Positions 39,560 through 54,463 of a stretch of DNA of 64,000 bases are shown here, piece by piece; within the stretch, counting starts at the first letter, position 1, and each line of letters starts with the position of its first letter. A model generated the notes under the pieces. It did not search any database. It saw only the letters and a program-made list of their open reading frames with translations, and was not told the DNA's origin. The DNA comes from Eledone cirrhosa. Its lineage: Eukaryota. The DNA lies in assembly GCA_964016885.1 (NCBI GenBank), contig OZ024743.1:257176001-257240000 (forward strand). The letters run 5' to 3'. Both the position numbers and the translations under genes were made by a program.

Positions 39560-40514
39560 AATGTAGGAAATAATAACACGAGATAGAGTTACCTTAGCAG
39601 AGATTTAATTGTCCCTATATTTCGGATTTCGCATCCATCAACTGGGGATTTTTCCAAGGGGGGAAGTTATCTGTCGGAGAGGAACGGTACATGGCCTATG
39701 TTGTTCACCATTTGTGTGTAACTGAGATATTCTGTAGAGCGCGCGTACGCACGGAATAGGTGTGGTCAATCAAAGGTCGAGGCAGTTCCATTTATTGTGG
39801 GAGTGAGATGGTGCTAGCTGTCAATCCATTATACTACCTATATTCAGTCTGTGTTACTGGAAGTGTAGTAGTCTGTTTGGTCGCTTGTTGGTCGGTGGAT
39901 GCTGAGGGTGCTATACACACAATAACAATCATCCGTATGCCACTGTGTGTATGTGTGCATGTGCTGTTGTCTCGTTTGTTTACACCAGCCACCTCGTCTT
40001 GCTTCTCTCGGATTGATTATTTATTTGTGGTCCTAGGCGTTTGATCCAAAGTGTTTCCTTGATTCATAACGTGCCGACGTTGCTTTCGGTCACTAGCACT
40101 GTGACAATGGGCCTTCCGTCTTTGTTTCCACATTTGGTTATATGTTCCGGAAAGATGAGGCCCTGGTGTTGATGTGTTCCTTGATCCGGATATGTAGCAG
40201 TCGGATTGTGCTACCGATATAGTAGTGGTTGCACTTGTCACATTCTACCCTGTATACAATGTATGTGCATAAGCAACAGTTCGTTTGGCACATGCGACAG
40301 TTTCTGAGGAACACGCGTCAGTCGATTTAAAAAGTTTCCTGGAGAGGCATCTCCATAGGGAGGGGCCTGAGTGAGCCAGGTGGATGTCGAGGCCCTTTCT
40401 CCGTATAGCCCTGCGGATAGCGTTGGTAGTTTTCTCGCCCAGGTGCGGGATTTTAAGGAGCACTTGCCTTGGGTGTTTCTCTGCCTCTTGCATCTGGTGT
40501 CTCTTACTCTGTTT
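39560..40514 (-). mobile_element. Penelope-like element 3' fragment, GIY-YIG endonuclease
   Basis: LKIPHLGEKTT..; IVYRVECDKCNHYYIGSTIRLLHIRIKEH (40260-40170); hammerhead-like ccc-cagttga-tggat-gcgaa-atcc-GAAA-tataggg near 39610-39646. Confidence 0.85.
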
Positions 40515-40537
40515 GTATATATATATATATATATATA

Positions 40538-41390
40538 TTAAGTGGTCACACAGTCCTTCTACTACTCAGGCCAAGGGAAAGGCCAGGGGCTTCTTTGATA
40601 CCCATTTCAAAGAACCCTCTGCACTGATAGGAAATGCATAGTCTGCAAGCTAAGCCCGCAAACTAACTGCAAAACTAGGAACGTAGTATATAGCATAAGA
40701 TGTAATGAGGGACAGTGTAGGAATAAGAACATTACATACATAGGTGAAACAGCCCATAGCATAGGAGAAACAATAAGTGAATACTGGTGAGAACTCCAAG
40801 ATGGGAAAAACTCATCAGTACTCCACCAACATGCCAAAGTAGAACATATGGGCACATTAGAGAACATAGAGATAAAAATTATATCCACACACAAGAAAGA
40901 TGCAATGCTCAGACTAATCACAGAGGCGACAAACATAAACGAACTCCAACCAAAATTAAACAGAAAACATGAGTGGAATAGCAACATCACAACTAGTAAT
41001 TAAGGACAAAATGAAGACATACAAACACACACAAAAAACAAACTAATAGAACAAAAGAGGCACGCACAGATAGAACAAACAACCAGCTAATGACAAGTAA
41101 ATAAACATGAATAAATGAATAAAAACACACACACCCGGGTGTAACACATACACAAACTAAGCATACAACACACAAAAACTGAATGGTGTAGGACAGAACA
41201 AAGGAGGGACACAAAATTAAAACCCAGTCACTGAGGAAGATACAGAATTTGTGAAAACGAACTTTGACAATATATAAACAACCACCCAGTTATCGAATCA
41301 ACCAACTGGAAATTTATAATAAATTGAAGTGAAAATTAACAGGTGCATGTGTTTTTATTGGCAGCATGACCCTCGCAAAGTATAACAATA
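40538..41390 (+). mobile_element. Second Penelope-like element 3' fragment, GIY-YIG
   Basis: CIVCKLSPQTNCKTRNVVYSIRCNEGQCRNKNITYIGETAHSIGETISEY (40635-40787); gtca-CTGAGGA-..acagaatttgt-GAAA..tgac at 41227-41268. Confidence 0.85.
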
Positions 41391-42149
41391 TATATATATC
41401 TATATAATTATACACATAAAGGTTTTTATCTCAATGAAGAAATACTTGGTTCACTCTAATATAGAGATCATCAGAAAGCCTTGTTGAAAAGCCATATTTT
41501 TGTAATTTCTATGGAATTCAGAAAAAATTCATTAAAAATATGCTACTGAAAGGGTCAATGACAAGTTAGTAGATAGAAGCTCTTAACATATTTTAAAACT
41601 TATCATATTCATTACAAGAGTTTAATTTGTTAACTTATATATTTGTCATTTAAAATCTTTCTGAATCTTTTATTTCAACCAAAAAATATCAAAATACTAT
41701 TCTTATTGACTTAAAAGTAATGTGTGCTATTTGGTCTAATGTAAGAATTTTGTTAAGCAAATATTCGTTTTGCCTCATTTCTTTTGCAATTATCAGTTTC
41801 ATTGAAGTGTGAAGTTATTTAAGGAATATATTGTTTACGAGAATGTTCTAGCATTTTGAAAGAACTCTGAAAATTTACAAATTTAGAAATGCTTTCTTTT
41901 TCTTTTCAGAAATGGTTATTTGCTTGTTTGTTTGTTTGTTTGGAGAGTGAATGGCCGATTGGTTTCAGTTTAGTGTTTACTCGATTTTATGTTATTTTAA
42001 ATTGAACAAGGAAATTAACTGTAGTTGAGATGAAAATCCAAAATTATGTTTGACTTATAACAAATTTGTATGATATATCACACTCACTCTCTCTCTCCCA
42101 GCCTCCAATTTTCTCCATCCCTTGCACCTTCATGTAATTTATGTGAGTG

Positions 42150-42211
<62 letters not shown>

Positions 42212-42534
42212 ACTTTTATTGAGATATGTCACAAATAAGTAATGTGTTGTGATCAATATTCTTGCTATAATATATAAATGATGATGATGATATACTGAGA
42301 ATACTAATCATAACACATTTCATTTTTTGTGACATATCTAGTTGTAATGGATTTAGAAAGTAAAATTTGTACAAACATCATCCATTGTCTGTAACAAGAA
42401 AGATTCAGCATATATAGTATCAAAATTGATATATAATGTAGACATTTATACAACAAATGTTTTAAGACCATTTTCCTTATTAAAGTAGGTGTTATCATTG
42501 TGACCCCATGACAGGCATTTCCATTATGCATTAT

Positions 42535-43010
42535 CATCTACGTCTTCCATCACTATCTCACTGGCTTTCATCTTTAGTCTTTCTTGGTCTTCTCTCTCTA
42601 CTTCTAACCACATTCATTTCAATCACTCCTCTCATCCAATCACTTTTATCCTTTCTCAGCATATGACCCAGCCAACTCATTACATTTCTCTTCATAAGAT
42701 CCATCACTGGTTCTATTCCTCTCCCACTGTCACTTTGATCCTTTCTCAACACATAACCCAGACATCTCATTCTATTTCTTTTTACACCATTCATCATTGG
42801 CTCTATTTCTCTCACCCACTCACTTTCATCTTTCCTAAAAAGATGAACCAACCATTTCATTCCATTTCTCTTCACAACATCCATCATTGCCTCTATTATC
42901 ATCCTCTGCAATTCATTGTTTGTTTTTCTTTCTCTGTGTGATACTCTACTCATCCACAGAGCCAGTCTTGCATCTCTTCTTGCCAGCCATCTCTGCTGCT
43001 CCACATTCAT
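42535..43010 (-). mobile_element. Old RTE-like 3' fragment with a triplicated 90-bp segment
   Basis: ORF 42558-43106 has three copies of IE..M...KRN.M.WLGH.LRKD.SDW.R, then RRPRKT. Confidence 0.7.
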
Positions 43011-43386
43011 CACATGGGATTTATTCCTATAAACAATGACAAACAATATTTGAACACTGAAGATATCTATAAATCTGTAAACCATTATTTTAACATAGCC
43101 ACTCATGTTTCTGACTAAAACTATGTAACATGGCAGACAACATTTATATAATGTCTAGTCTCTTCCCATCCTCATTGCTGATAATCAGGAACCAAGGTCA
43201 GCCTATATGTCCATGATTCTCATCAGGAAAATCCTCATCTTACCATTACTTGGAAGCTGGCTACTAAGCAGCAGCTAATCAGCCTTCATCACAAGGACAA
43301 GGCCATTGTCCATTTGAAAGGTTGTCATCTAAGTCACAAAGGAGTCTCATCTACTCCAAGTTGGAAATCAGAATGATCCTTCTAAA

Positions 43387-43685
43387 CTGGGAGCATGCAT
43401 TAGGTGGCCCGTGGTCCACAATCCAGCCTGCCAGACCAGCTAGACTGGCCTACAATGATCGTTTTTAATTTTTACCTTGTAGGCTTATTTAGAATTTTTT
43501 CCGTAACTGTAATACAATTTTCTGTTAGTTGACCAATATTAAAGGGCTTCACTGATAGGGTTATTTGTGTTATAATTTCAAGTTGTGGTGAATCTTTGAA
43601 ATAGTGCTTAATAAATATTAATGGCCTTAATAGTTGTTCCAATGTTTAAAAGTGGCCCACCAATGGAATATTTTGCACACCCTTG
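43387..43685. mobile_element. hAT (Charlie-like) MITE
   Basis: Flanked by ttctaaac/ttctaaat (8-bp TSD-like); subterminal gtggcccgtggtccacaatccagcctgcc; right end ttgcacacccttg. Confidence 0.55.
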
Positions 43686-44034
43686 TTCTAAATTTTCTGC
43701 CAGCCAAGGCTAATGAACTCTGTCTCTTCACATTGGATGGCTGTTGACTCTCATGAGTTCCTCTACCCATTGACATGTTTTGTTTTTCATTTTGCAGAAT
43801 GGCCAAAAATCCTCCTCCTCACCAAGCAAGTTTGATGGGGTGGCCATTTTAGTCACAGAGAGCAATCTAACTATAATAAATGATAATGTAGAAATCTATG
43901 AATCTACAACCTGCATGTTATTAACAGACATGAGGATGAGTACTCAATACTGAACTAGAGTTTAAAAATGTATTTATTATGGCTAAATCGTGAGGCTTGT
44001 TACTCTGGACTTTTACCAGCACACTCACAAATCA

Positions 44035-44211
44035 TTGGCAGTATCGGTAGAGGGTCGGACATGCTTTCCAGCATAGTTATGTACCCTTACGATCTGAGTT
44101 CAAATCCTGCCAAGGTTAACTTTGCCTTTCATCCTTACGGGGTCAATAAAATAAAGTACCAGTAACGTACTGGGTAATTGCTGGCCTTGTGCCAAATGTA
44201 GAAACAATTAT
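44035..44211 (+). mobile_element. tRNA-derived SINE, family B
   Basis: Matches 21034-21224. Confidence 0.85.
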
Positions 44212-44481
44212 TTTAACATTACCACTCCTGTTTTTCTCTAAAACTACATAACATAGCCCACCAGTTTTCATATGATACATATTTCTATGCTTGTATTTTC
44301 AATACTCAACACTATTTGTTATATAGAAATGGATAAGAGATGGAGAAGACTCTATGATGGTATATCATTGAAGGATATGTGTTACTATTGCATTCAGTCA
44401 TCATTTCTCTATTGTGTATTGAAAATGTGTGCATGTAGTAACATTTCCTTTCCTTTGTCCTTTGTCAGGAGTTATTAGAAA

Positions 44482-44738
44482 TACCATATATACTCGTATA
44501 TAAACTGAGAAATATGTGACAAAAACATTGATGGTAAAATGGCGGGGGGGGGGGGGGGGGACTTGAATATCAAAATATTAAAACATTATAAATGTATTTT
44601 CCACTCATGAGAATTTCAAATCTGTACAAAATACAATGTATTGATTAGCTACCTCAGCTTATAGACAGGGTTTTGGTATTTGACCATTTCTCAGGCACAA
44701 AATTGGGAATCGACTTATATTTGTGTATGTACTATAGA
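44482..44738. mobile_element. Tc1/mariner-pogo-type MITE, family of 14288-14776
   Basis: taccatatatactcgtatataaactgagaaatatgtgacaaaaa matches the reverse complement of 14725-14776. Confidence 0.6.
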
Positions 44739-46299
44739 ACAAAAATGCTATACATTCCCATAACAAAACCACTTACCTGTATATAACCCCGATATATTGG
44801 AAAACCATTATACATACATATATACACACTAACATACCTACATATATGCATACATGCATGTGTATATATTATCATCATCACCATGTAATGTCCATTTTTC
44901 CATGCTTGCATGGGTCAGATGGGTCTTCTGCATCAAGAGACAAGTCTGGCCAGGGTTGGCCATGTCGTTCCTTGCTCTGATGGAACTGTAAATAAATAAA
45001 TAAATATATATATATATACACATACTTTGATATACATATAAATACATATATACACACATACATAATTGATGATTGCATTACTTGATCCTTTTATTTCATA
45101 CATGGGTGGCATGAAAATAATTTTTTAGCCCTGTCAAAGACTTACATTCCTTTCTGTATATGCTCTAGTGATGAATGTTAATACTACTTTCATTCCCTAT
45201 TTTGTTTGGGAGAACTTTCAAATGATGTTGAAGTCTACCGATCAATGCACATTCTTTTCCACACTCCTGATAAGGTGAAATGGCCAAGAGACTATAATCA
45301 ACAACATTTTGTACATGGCTTTATTGGTGACTTCTAAGACCAGCTTCACTGAGGTAAATCCGGCCACACTCATTACACACAAATCATTTTGAGCTTCCAA
45401 AAATTCAGATAAAGTAATATCATGCATGCATACACACACATATACACATGTACATACATACACATATACACACATACACATTTTACATCCATTTTCCATG
45501 ATAGCCTAATTCAAAAGTATGACATTGTCACACACTGTATGCCCTACTGAATTCTCCTTGGAATTATGTTAAAGGTACATGTGTTTGTGAAATACATGTT
45601 AATTTCACAAAGAAACCATTCAATTCATCAAAGAATTGGTATAATCATTGAGAAAAACTGATGGAGGTCCATTTACATGTATGTTGATGTATATTGTGTA
45701 GTCTGTATGTAGGTGTATACATGCAGGGTATAGGCAAGTGTATATATGTGAGATGTATGTAGGTACATATGCATGGCATGCTTGTAGATGTGTATAGCAT
45801 GAGTTATATTTAGGTATGTAGATATGTATGTGTATCTGTGTAACATAAAAAATATATGTGACATATATTTAGGTGTATGTACAGGCATATTCCATGGGTT
45901 TTATTTAGATGTATATAAACAGGGTGTGTATATAGACCCAGTTATGAGTATTCAACTCAGATTAGTAATATCATGAGTTCAATTCCCAGTGCTGTGTTGT
46001 GTTATGTCTTTGAGTAAGACATTTTATTTCACATTGCTTCAGTTCACTCAGCAGACAAAAATGAATTGTACATGTAATTCAAGTAGCCACCCATGTAACA
46101 CAGTGTGTCATTCTGAATCTCCCCGGGAACAATGTTAAAGATACATGTTTGTGGAATGCTCAGCCACTTCTTGTTAGTTTGAGTAGGATGTTTCATTGGA
46201 GGAATCAACTGCAACAGTCATTGTCAGAACTAACAAAATGTCAACAATTATCAGTGTGTAGATATGTCAAAATATGTATGTACATGTATATATATTAAA

Positions 46300-47165
<866 letters not shown>

Positions 47166-47519
47166 TTGTTTATAATGTATACATGTATTTTTCAATGTTT
47201 GTATAAGCCTCTTAAATCATTTGAATGTATCAGCTATCAGCAGATTTTTATTATGTAGTTTCTACATTTGAAAGAAGCTTTAATCGTGTTTGCAAACGAT
47301 AATATTTACAACAGACCATCAGCTGTGATATACATGTATAGAAACCACCCATTCACCCTGCTAGATATAAAGTGGTGATGTAAGCAGGAACAAATACTGA
47401 TCATAAATTAAGTTTTCTATACTGACCACCTATAAAAGGACCAATTATTTTATGTAAGGGTGAAATATTGAGGCTAATGTAACATAAGTTACAAAATAAT
47501 ATTGGGTCTTATTTCCAAT

Positions 47520-48215
47520 TACTGTATGTTAAATTTTGTTATATGATTGGTGTTAGGAAAGGCATCAATCTGTAGAAATGTTACAAGAAGCAGCTGGAAG
47601 TATTCTTTTCGTAATGTCAAGTACATGAGATCCTCTCTATAGCTGGTGCCATGATAAAACATACCCTTTCTAACACCAACGTTTTTCCAGGACACACTCT
47701 GGAAAAGGACAGTGTTAGAAAGAACATCTAGTTGTTGAAATTGTACCAAATAAAGCGTTGTGATTATTTCAGTCATAGAGGACATAACCTCCCTTGAGCC
47801 AGTACCATGTGTAAACCAAGCTAACCAAAAGCCTGAGAGGACTCTTCAGTTATGTCAGGAACACGAGAACCTCCCTAGTGTTGGTGCCATGATAAAATGT
47901 ACCCAGTACACACTATAAAGTGGTTGGTTTTAGAAAAGGCATCCAGCTGTAGAAACCCTTAAAAAAAGGCTGCAAGAATTCTTTCAGTCACAACAAATTT
48001 TCTGTAGTGATAGCACCACAATAAAATGTACTCACTACACTAATGTGGTTAGCCTTATGAAAGGCATCCCACCATATAAACCATGCTAATCAAATGGTTG
48101 TGAGAAATCTTCTGTGTCAAGGATACGAGAGGCTCCCTAGTGTTGGAGCCATGATAAAATCAGTACACTTTGTGAAAGTGTTCATATTAGATACAGATAT
48201 AGAAACCATGACAAA
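47520..48215 (+). repeat. Degenerate tandem array derived from the RTE 3'UTR unit
   Basis: Repeated ggtgccatgataaaa..ccagtacacac..ggttgg..ggcatccagctgtagaaa units; a similar array lies at 19720-20170. Confidence 0.6.
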
Positions 48216-48544
48216 ACAAGAATGTATGTAAGTAAGACATGATCTTCAGCCCATCAAAGAAGATGATGGCTACATATTATACAAACAGAAGCAATCTTAA
48301 TGTGACAGTTTTTTAATAGCTAGCTCTCTATCATAAAGATACAATCCATGCGATAGGATTCTAGAGAGTTTTTTCTCTACCCAATTTTAATCACAAGGCA
48401 TAGGTCAACATAAGGTTCTGCTAAAAGTCACTTACACCTCCATGATATTACATGATGGGATCATATCCAAAACCTCATGAATATAAAGCAAACAATTCTA
48501 TGTTGCAGTCAATCCTGCATTTAGAATATAAAGAGAGGGAGAGA

Positions 48545-48938
48545 TCATCATCAACATCACCGTTTTACGTCCGTTCTTCCATGCTAGCATGGGTTAGACG
48601 GGTTGTCCTGTTGTGGTCCGTGTCCGGTCGGCTGACCTTGTCTTGCTCATACAGGAACTGATTCTGGCTTGATTTCTACAGCTGGATGCCCTTCCTAACA
48701 CCAACCTCATTTACACTGAGTGCTGGGTGCTTTTTTTCTTTGGCACCTCCATGACCACTTTGCAGTGGAATGATAGGGACCCGAGTTCTATCATCTCATT
48801 TCTACAGCCGAGTAAACTGGATCAATGTGAAATAAAGTGTCTTGCTCAAGGAAACAACACATCACCCAGTCCAAGTATTGAACTCACAACCTTTTGATTG
48901 CAAGCCCAATGCTCTAACCACTAAGCCATGCGCCTTCA
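48545..48938 (-). mobile_element. CORE-type tRNA-SINE with a full-length RTE tail, family A variant
   Basis: Head and CORE match family A; tail 48545-48735 matches the RTE end at 4626-4815. Confidence 0.9.
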
Positions 48939-49474
48939 TATTTTTAAAATCTATTTTTCCTAGCTTACACAAGCTGGTCAAAGCCCAGAGCTTATCCTAG
49001 TTTCATAGGTGTTGTGTTCTTGAGTAAGACACTTCATTTACTTTGTTTTCTATGATAGACTAAGACCCCTATCAAAGAAAGTTCATATAAGATGCAACCA
49101 CATAGGGGGTCAACTTACCCTGCACATATATGAGCTGTAAATTTTATTTTATTTTATTTTACCAATACAACAGGTTTCTTATTCATCATGGGGTCTTTTT
49201 CAAGGGAATATTTTATGGTTTGATGCCATTCCTGGCATTAACCCTTTTAATCATGTCTTAAGATGTTCAAAGCTATGGTGTATTACTACTAAACCAGATA
49301 CTAACAGAATCTCTAGAATCTCTGTATAAAGTCAAAACAATAAACTTGTAAAATCTTTTAAATAAATATAAATATTAATAAGCAATAAAATTAGCAGCAG
49401 AAATAGCAGATTGTTCTAGTTATGCTAGAGCAGATGTGTATTTATATAACAACAACAACATCAATAATAATAAC

Positions 49475-49667
49475 AATAATTGTTTCTACTTTAGGCACAA
49501 GGCCAGCAATTACCCAGTACATTACTGGTACTTTATTTTATTGACCCCCGTAAGGATGAAAGGCAAAGTTAACCGCGGCGGGATTTGAACTCAGAATGTA
49601 AAGGGACGTAACTATGCTAGAAAGCATGGCGTCCAACCCTCTACCGATACTGCCAATTCACCGTCCT
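49475..49667 (-). mobile_element. tRNA-derived SINE, family B
   Basis: Full-length reverse-complement copy. Confidence 0.85.
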
Positions 49668-50144
49668 AATAATAACAATAATGATACAATGCCAGCTACA
49701 ACTAAAAGCAAAGTAGGTGAAAGTATTACTCAAAGGTAAAAAGGTAGCTCGTACCAACATATAGAAAACCCAGTTAGATTTAAACCTGTCATGATGAATG
49801 ATACACACACTCACACACATATGTATATACACATTGAGATTTTCAACTTTTAAACTCACCTATTCTACAGATTGTAATAATACAAAGGCAAGGAAAATAG
49901 TTTCAGCTATTTACTATTATGCTTCATAAGGAAAAATTACAAGTGGGATTGGGGAGTAAAGGGGGAATAAAGAAAAGAAAGAAAGAAAAGTATTGGTTTT
50001 CATCAGAATTTTTCTCTTTCACGGAAGTTTGGTTTTCTGAAATGTGTTTCTCTTTTATAAAATTGAAAACAAAATATTGTAAAAATTGTAAAATGATTTA
50101 GAAAATTGAATTAGAAAAGTAAACAAAATTTATATAAGAAATAT

Positions 50145-50214
<70 letters not shown>

Positions 50215-50499
50215 GCTGCTGCTGCTACTGTTCTTGTAGTTATTGAACCTCTGCCAATTCCGGCGACAAATGTTCTAGTTGTTTGCCCAACTGAACAGCT
50301 TGCATGTGAAATTCCACATGCAAGTGGCTGAGCATTTCATAGTTCTCATGGAGATTCAGTGTGACACATTATGTGACAATTCATTTATGCCAGCTGAGTA
50401 GATGAGAGCAATGTGAAAGACACTTTCTTGCTCAAAGACTCAGTGTGTTGTCAGCGATCAAACTCATGACCATCTAATACTACTAATAATAATTATATT

Positions 50500-51040
50500 A
50501 ATCTTTTTACTTTTGGCACAAGGTCAGCAATTACCCTAGTACATTACTGGTACTTTATTGTATCGACCCCGAAAGGATGAAAGGCAAAGCTAACCTCAGC
50601 AGAAATTGAACTCAAAACGCAGAGGGCCATAACTCTATGCTACAAAGCAGTCTCTGACGTGCTACCGATACTGCCAAACCACTGCCTTTAAATAATTATA
50701 ATAATGATTTCTTCCATAGGCACAAGGCCATTAATTTGGGTGGAGGGGAAAGTCAATTAAATCAACCCCAGTATGTTACTGGTGCTTTTTTTTATCGACC
50801 CCGTAAGGATGAAAGGCAACTAGGAACTCGAAAAGTAAAGGGCCATAACTCTGTGCTACAAAGCATAGTGTCTGATGCACTACCAATATTGCCAAACCAC
50901 TGCCCTTATAATAATTATTATAGTAAAAGTAATAACGATGATTTCTAATTTTGGCACAAGGCCAGCAATTTTAGCAGAAGTGAAAGTCAATTGTATCAAC
51001 TCCAATAACTGACTTGTACTTTATTTTATTGACCCTGGAA
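50500..51040 (-). mobile_element. Three tandem family-B SINE copies
   Basis: ggcacaagg.ca tails at ~50514, ~50718 and ~50953. Confidence 0.75.
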
Positions 51041-51737
51041 AGATTGCTACAACTAATATGGCGAGAATCTCTTGCTATCATTCTGATGGAAAGAGTACTG
51101 GAGTTCAGTACTGAGGTCCAGTACTGGGGTTCATTCTTTCTTCTCACTCTCCCTTTTGATTTCTCTGGGAGAAATCGGTTACATCCAAACCTGGAGAAAT
51201 GGGCTGTCAGGTTTTAAAAGATATGAAGTTATGGGTTCATATAAACATAATATATCTCATAGATTAAACAGCAGGGCCTTTTCCATGAATAATACATTTG
51301 TGATATGTTCAAGCCAAGAAATTCTGAGCATGGTCCTATGGAAGACATTTGCATTTCTGTACATTATGTTGGTCTTTTCCCACGTCCCACAGGCATATTT
51401 ATTCAATATATAAATAGTTATTTGTCAAAAATGTTTAAACTTTTAAAATTTCATGTGCAAATCTTTCTTCCATTCCAGTCCACAATGTAAAGTAGGTGAT
51501 AGGGAGAGCATCTACACAGAAAACAAAAAATGAACATGACAAAACTCTAAAAGGCATAACTTACAATGTAACCTTTATCAATATTTATAAAAGAGCTCAA
51601 AAGAAAATATCCAAAAATTTTAAAAACAAAACCAAGACCTCATAAAGAAGCATGAAAAAACCTTAAAATTTTCAGAAGTGAAATGGCCAAACCTGAGACC
51701 AAGTTTTATTATTCATCAACAAATTTATTATTAATAT

Positions 51738-51790
<53 letters not shown>

Positions 51791-52741
51791 ATGGTGGTAG
51801 TGGTAGTGGCGGGGGTGGTAGTATTAGCAGTGGTGGCAGCTGCAGCAGCAACATTAGTAGTAGTAGTTTTGTTTTCTTCCTATCTTTCGTGTGAAGAAAG
51901 TTAGTTGTTATACTGATAAAAGACATTATACAATAGACAATTTGTTAAACAGTCTGAAAAATAGATTTTCAAAAGAAACAGCACATTAAGTTGAAATTGA
52001 GACATAGTTTAATTTCACCTAAAGCCAATAAATAACAGCAGGATGTATTTAATATAATCAGTGAAAAAAATCTCTATCTAAACTTGATTAACTTCTTTTG
52101 TGAGTTAAGTCTTATATTTTGTCTTTTGGCTTCTTCATTCTAAAATTATATCATTCTGTAGTTCTATCATATATCATTCTGTTGTTTTATCATGCTATTA
52201 TTCTATCCCAGGCTTGTCTACGGATGTAAATTGTTCTGTCCACATAAATGGGAAAACATCATGCTTGAAATTCTAAAAACACATCTCTCTATATATCATC
52301 ATTATAATGTTTGCTTTCTATGCTAGTAAGGGTTCGATGAGTCTACATAGACCAAGTCAGTACTGAAGCAGTGGCTACTGATCTCCCAGAGAAGCCAGGG
52401 ATCTGTTCATCTCACTTATGTATGGTCTCATGTTCTACCGAGTGAACAGGGGAGATTGTCATATCTTTAACATAACTGAGGGTCCTCCCAACCATAGCTT
52501 GGCAACCTTTCTATGGCTGGAAACCTTCACATGACTGACATGGAAAGACCAGGTGTGTCATGGCTGCTGTTACATGTGTACAGATGGAGTTAATTTCATG
52601 GGTGCATATTATTGCTTGTGTTCATGTGTGTATGCGTGGTTTGTGTATCGATGATGGAAGTGTATGCATGTGTGTTTGGGAATTGTGTATGTAGTTTTTT
52701 TGTGTGTGAGTGTGTGCATATATACACAAATATATATATAT

Positions 52742-52790
<49 letters not shown>

Positions 52791-52959
52791 TGTCAGAAAG
52801 TGTTATCGACTGGATCCCATTAGGAGGGAGGATTTGACTCTTGAAGCTTATGCTGAGAGATAGGTATCTGGGGTGGGTGCAAGTTTATGCACAAAACAAG
52901 GAGTTTGAAAACAGGTCCTTCCTTGATAAGTCACTACAGTTTTAAATGTGGTTAAGTCA

Positions 52960-54386
52960 TATATCCATGATATGGAAAGGAGTGATTGGAAGGAATGGTG
53001 ACACCGATTTAAATATGAATAGAGACACCTTACTAGACTTCTCTTCTAGCAATGGACTCTCTATTATGAACACTTTTTTCCAGCAGAGAAACATCCATAA
53101 ATATACATGGTATAAGGGGAATGAGGGACAGAGATCAATAATTGATTTTGTTATTGTCTCTGACCTATCAACTGATCACCATCTAGTTATCTGCAACTTG
53201 ATACTACCTAAAGCCAAAGAAGCCTACAAATCTGGCAGGTCCATGGCAACCTATATGTTCAAGAGAGAAGCATTGGTGGATAAGGATGTCATGACCAGGT
53301 ATGCAGATATTATTGCATCCAAATTTTAGAGAACTCCCTGTGAAAATTGAAGACATTGAGACAGACTGGAGATTGGTAAGTGCAGCAGTTTCTGCTTCAG
53401 CTGTTAAATGCTGCAGGCAAAAGCAGCTTGATGTGGCACCAATGGTAAGGAAACACCTTGGTTCAGTCAAGAGATCAAATATGCCATCCAAGCAAAGAAG
53501 GAGGCTTACAAAGCTTGGCTTTTCACTTGTAGTACAAGCAGGCACAAAGAATCACACCAGAGACAGTAAAGCGTCCAAAATTAAGACATGAGAGGACTTT
53601 GGGGTTAAACTGGAATTCGATTTCAGATCAGCAAATAAAGTATTCTGGCAGACCATCCACTGACTTCATAATATGAAGCCCTTCTCCATACCTGTTATTA
53701 AGTATGTGTCTGGAGTTCTCCTCTCTTCAGAGAGTTGCATGCTTGTGAGGTGGAGAGAATACTTTACTCATATCCTAAACTCAATCACAACACCATCTTC
53801 GGATGTACACAAGGTGCATCTGGGAGTGGTGATTAATCTCTCAGAGACATAGGTCACAAGAGCTGTTAAATAGATCAAATGTGGCAAGGGTACTGGGGAA
53901 GATGAAATCCGACCCATGATGCTAAAATCCTTAAATAGAGAAGATAATTCCTGGCTGATTCATGTATGCCAGGTAGCCTTGATCTCTGGAAATGCATCTG
54001 AACAATGGCAATTGGGAGTGATAATCCCAATTTTCAACAAAGGATACAAGAGAGATTATTGCAATTACAGAGGGATCTCCTTGTTAAGTCTCTCTGGTAA
54101 AGTCTATGCTAAATGTCTGGCAAACTGATGCAGGGAGATTGTCGAGTCCAAGCTAGCTGATGAACAGTACGGTTTTTACCTAAGATGCAGCTCAGCAGAC
54201 CAAATTTTCACACTGCGGCAGGTTTTCAAGAAATCGTGGAGTATTGCCAAGAGGTATATTCTTGTTTTGTCAAACTTGAAAAGGCATATGACCTTGTTCC
54301 TCAGGATTTGCTGTGGAAGGTTGTGCAGGAGTATGGGATTAATGGTCAGCTTCTTGCTGCCCTGATGTCCCTATACAAATATGTCC
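52960..54386 (+). mobile_element. Degenerate RTE (Rex3/Expander-like) LINE, endonuclease to mid-RT, ending at the Helitron 5' end
   Basis: GVIGRNG..NGLSIMNTFFQ..RSIIDFVIVSD..TDHHLV; GEDEIRP.MLK; IIPIFNKG..NYRGISLLS; CFVKLEKAYDLVP. Confidence 0.9.
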
Positions 54387-54412
54387 ATCTATACATAAAA
54401 AATATAAGTATG

Positions 54413-54463
<51 letters not shown>

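Noticed and set aside
47520-48215. Repeat-spacer-like array
   Set aside because: Units are degenerate RTE 3'UTR derivatives in eukaryotic DNA, with no constant repeat length and no cas genes; not CRISPR.
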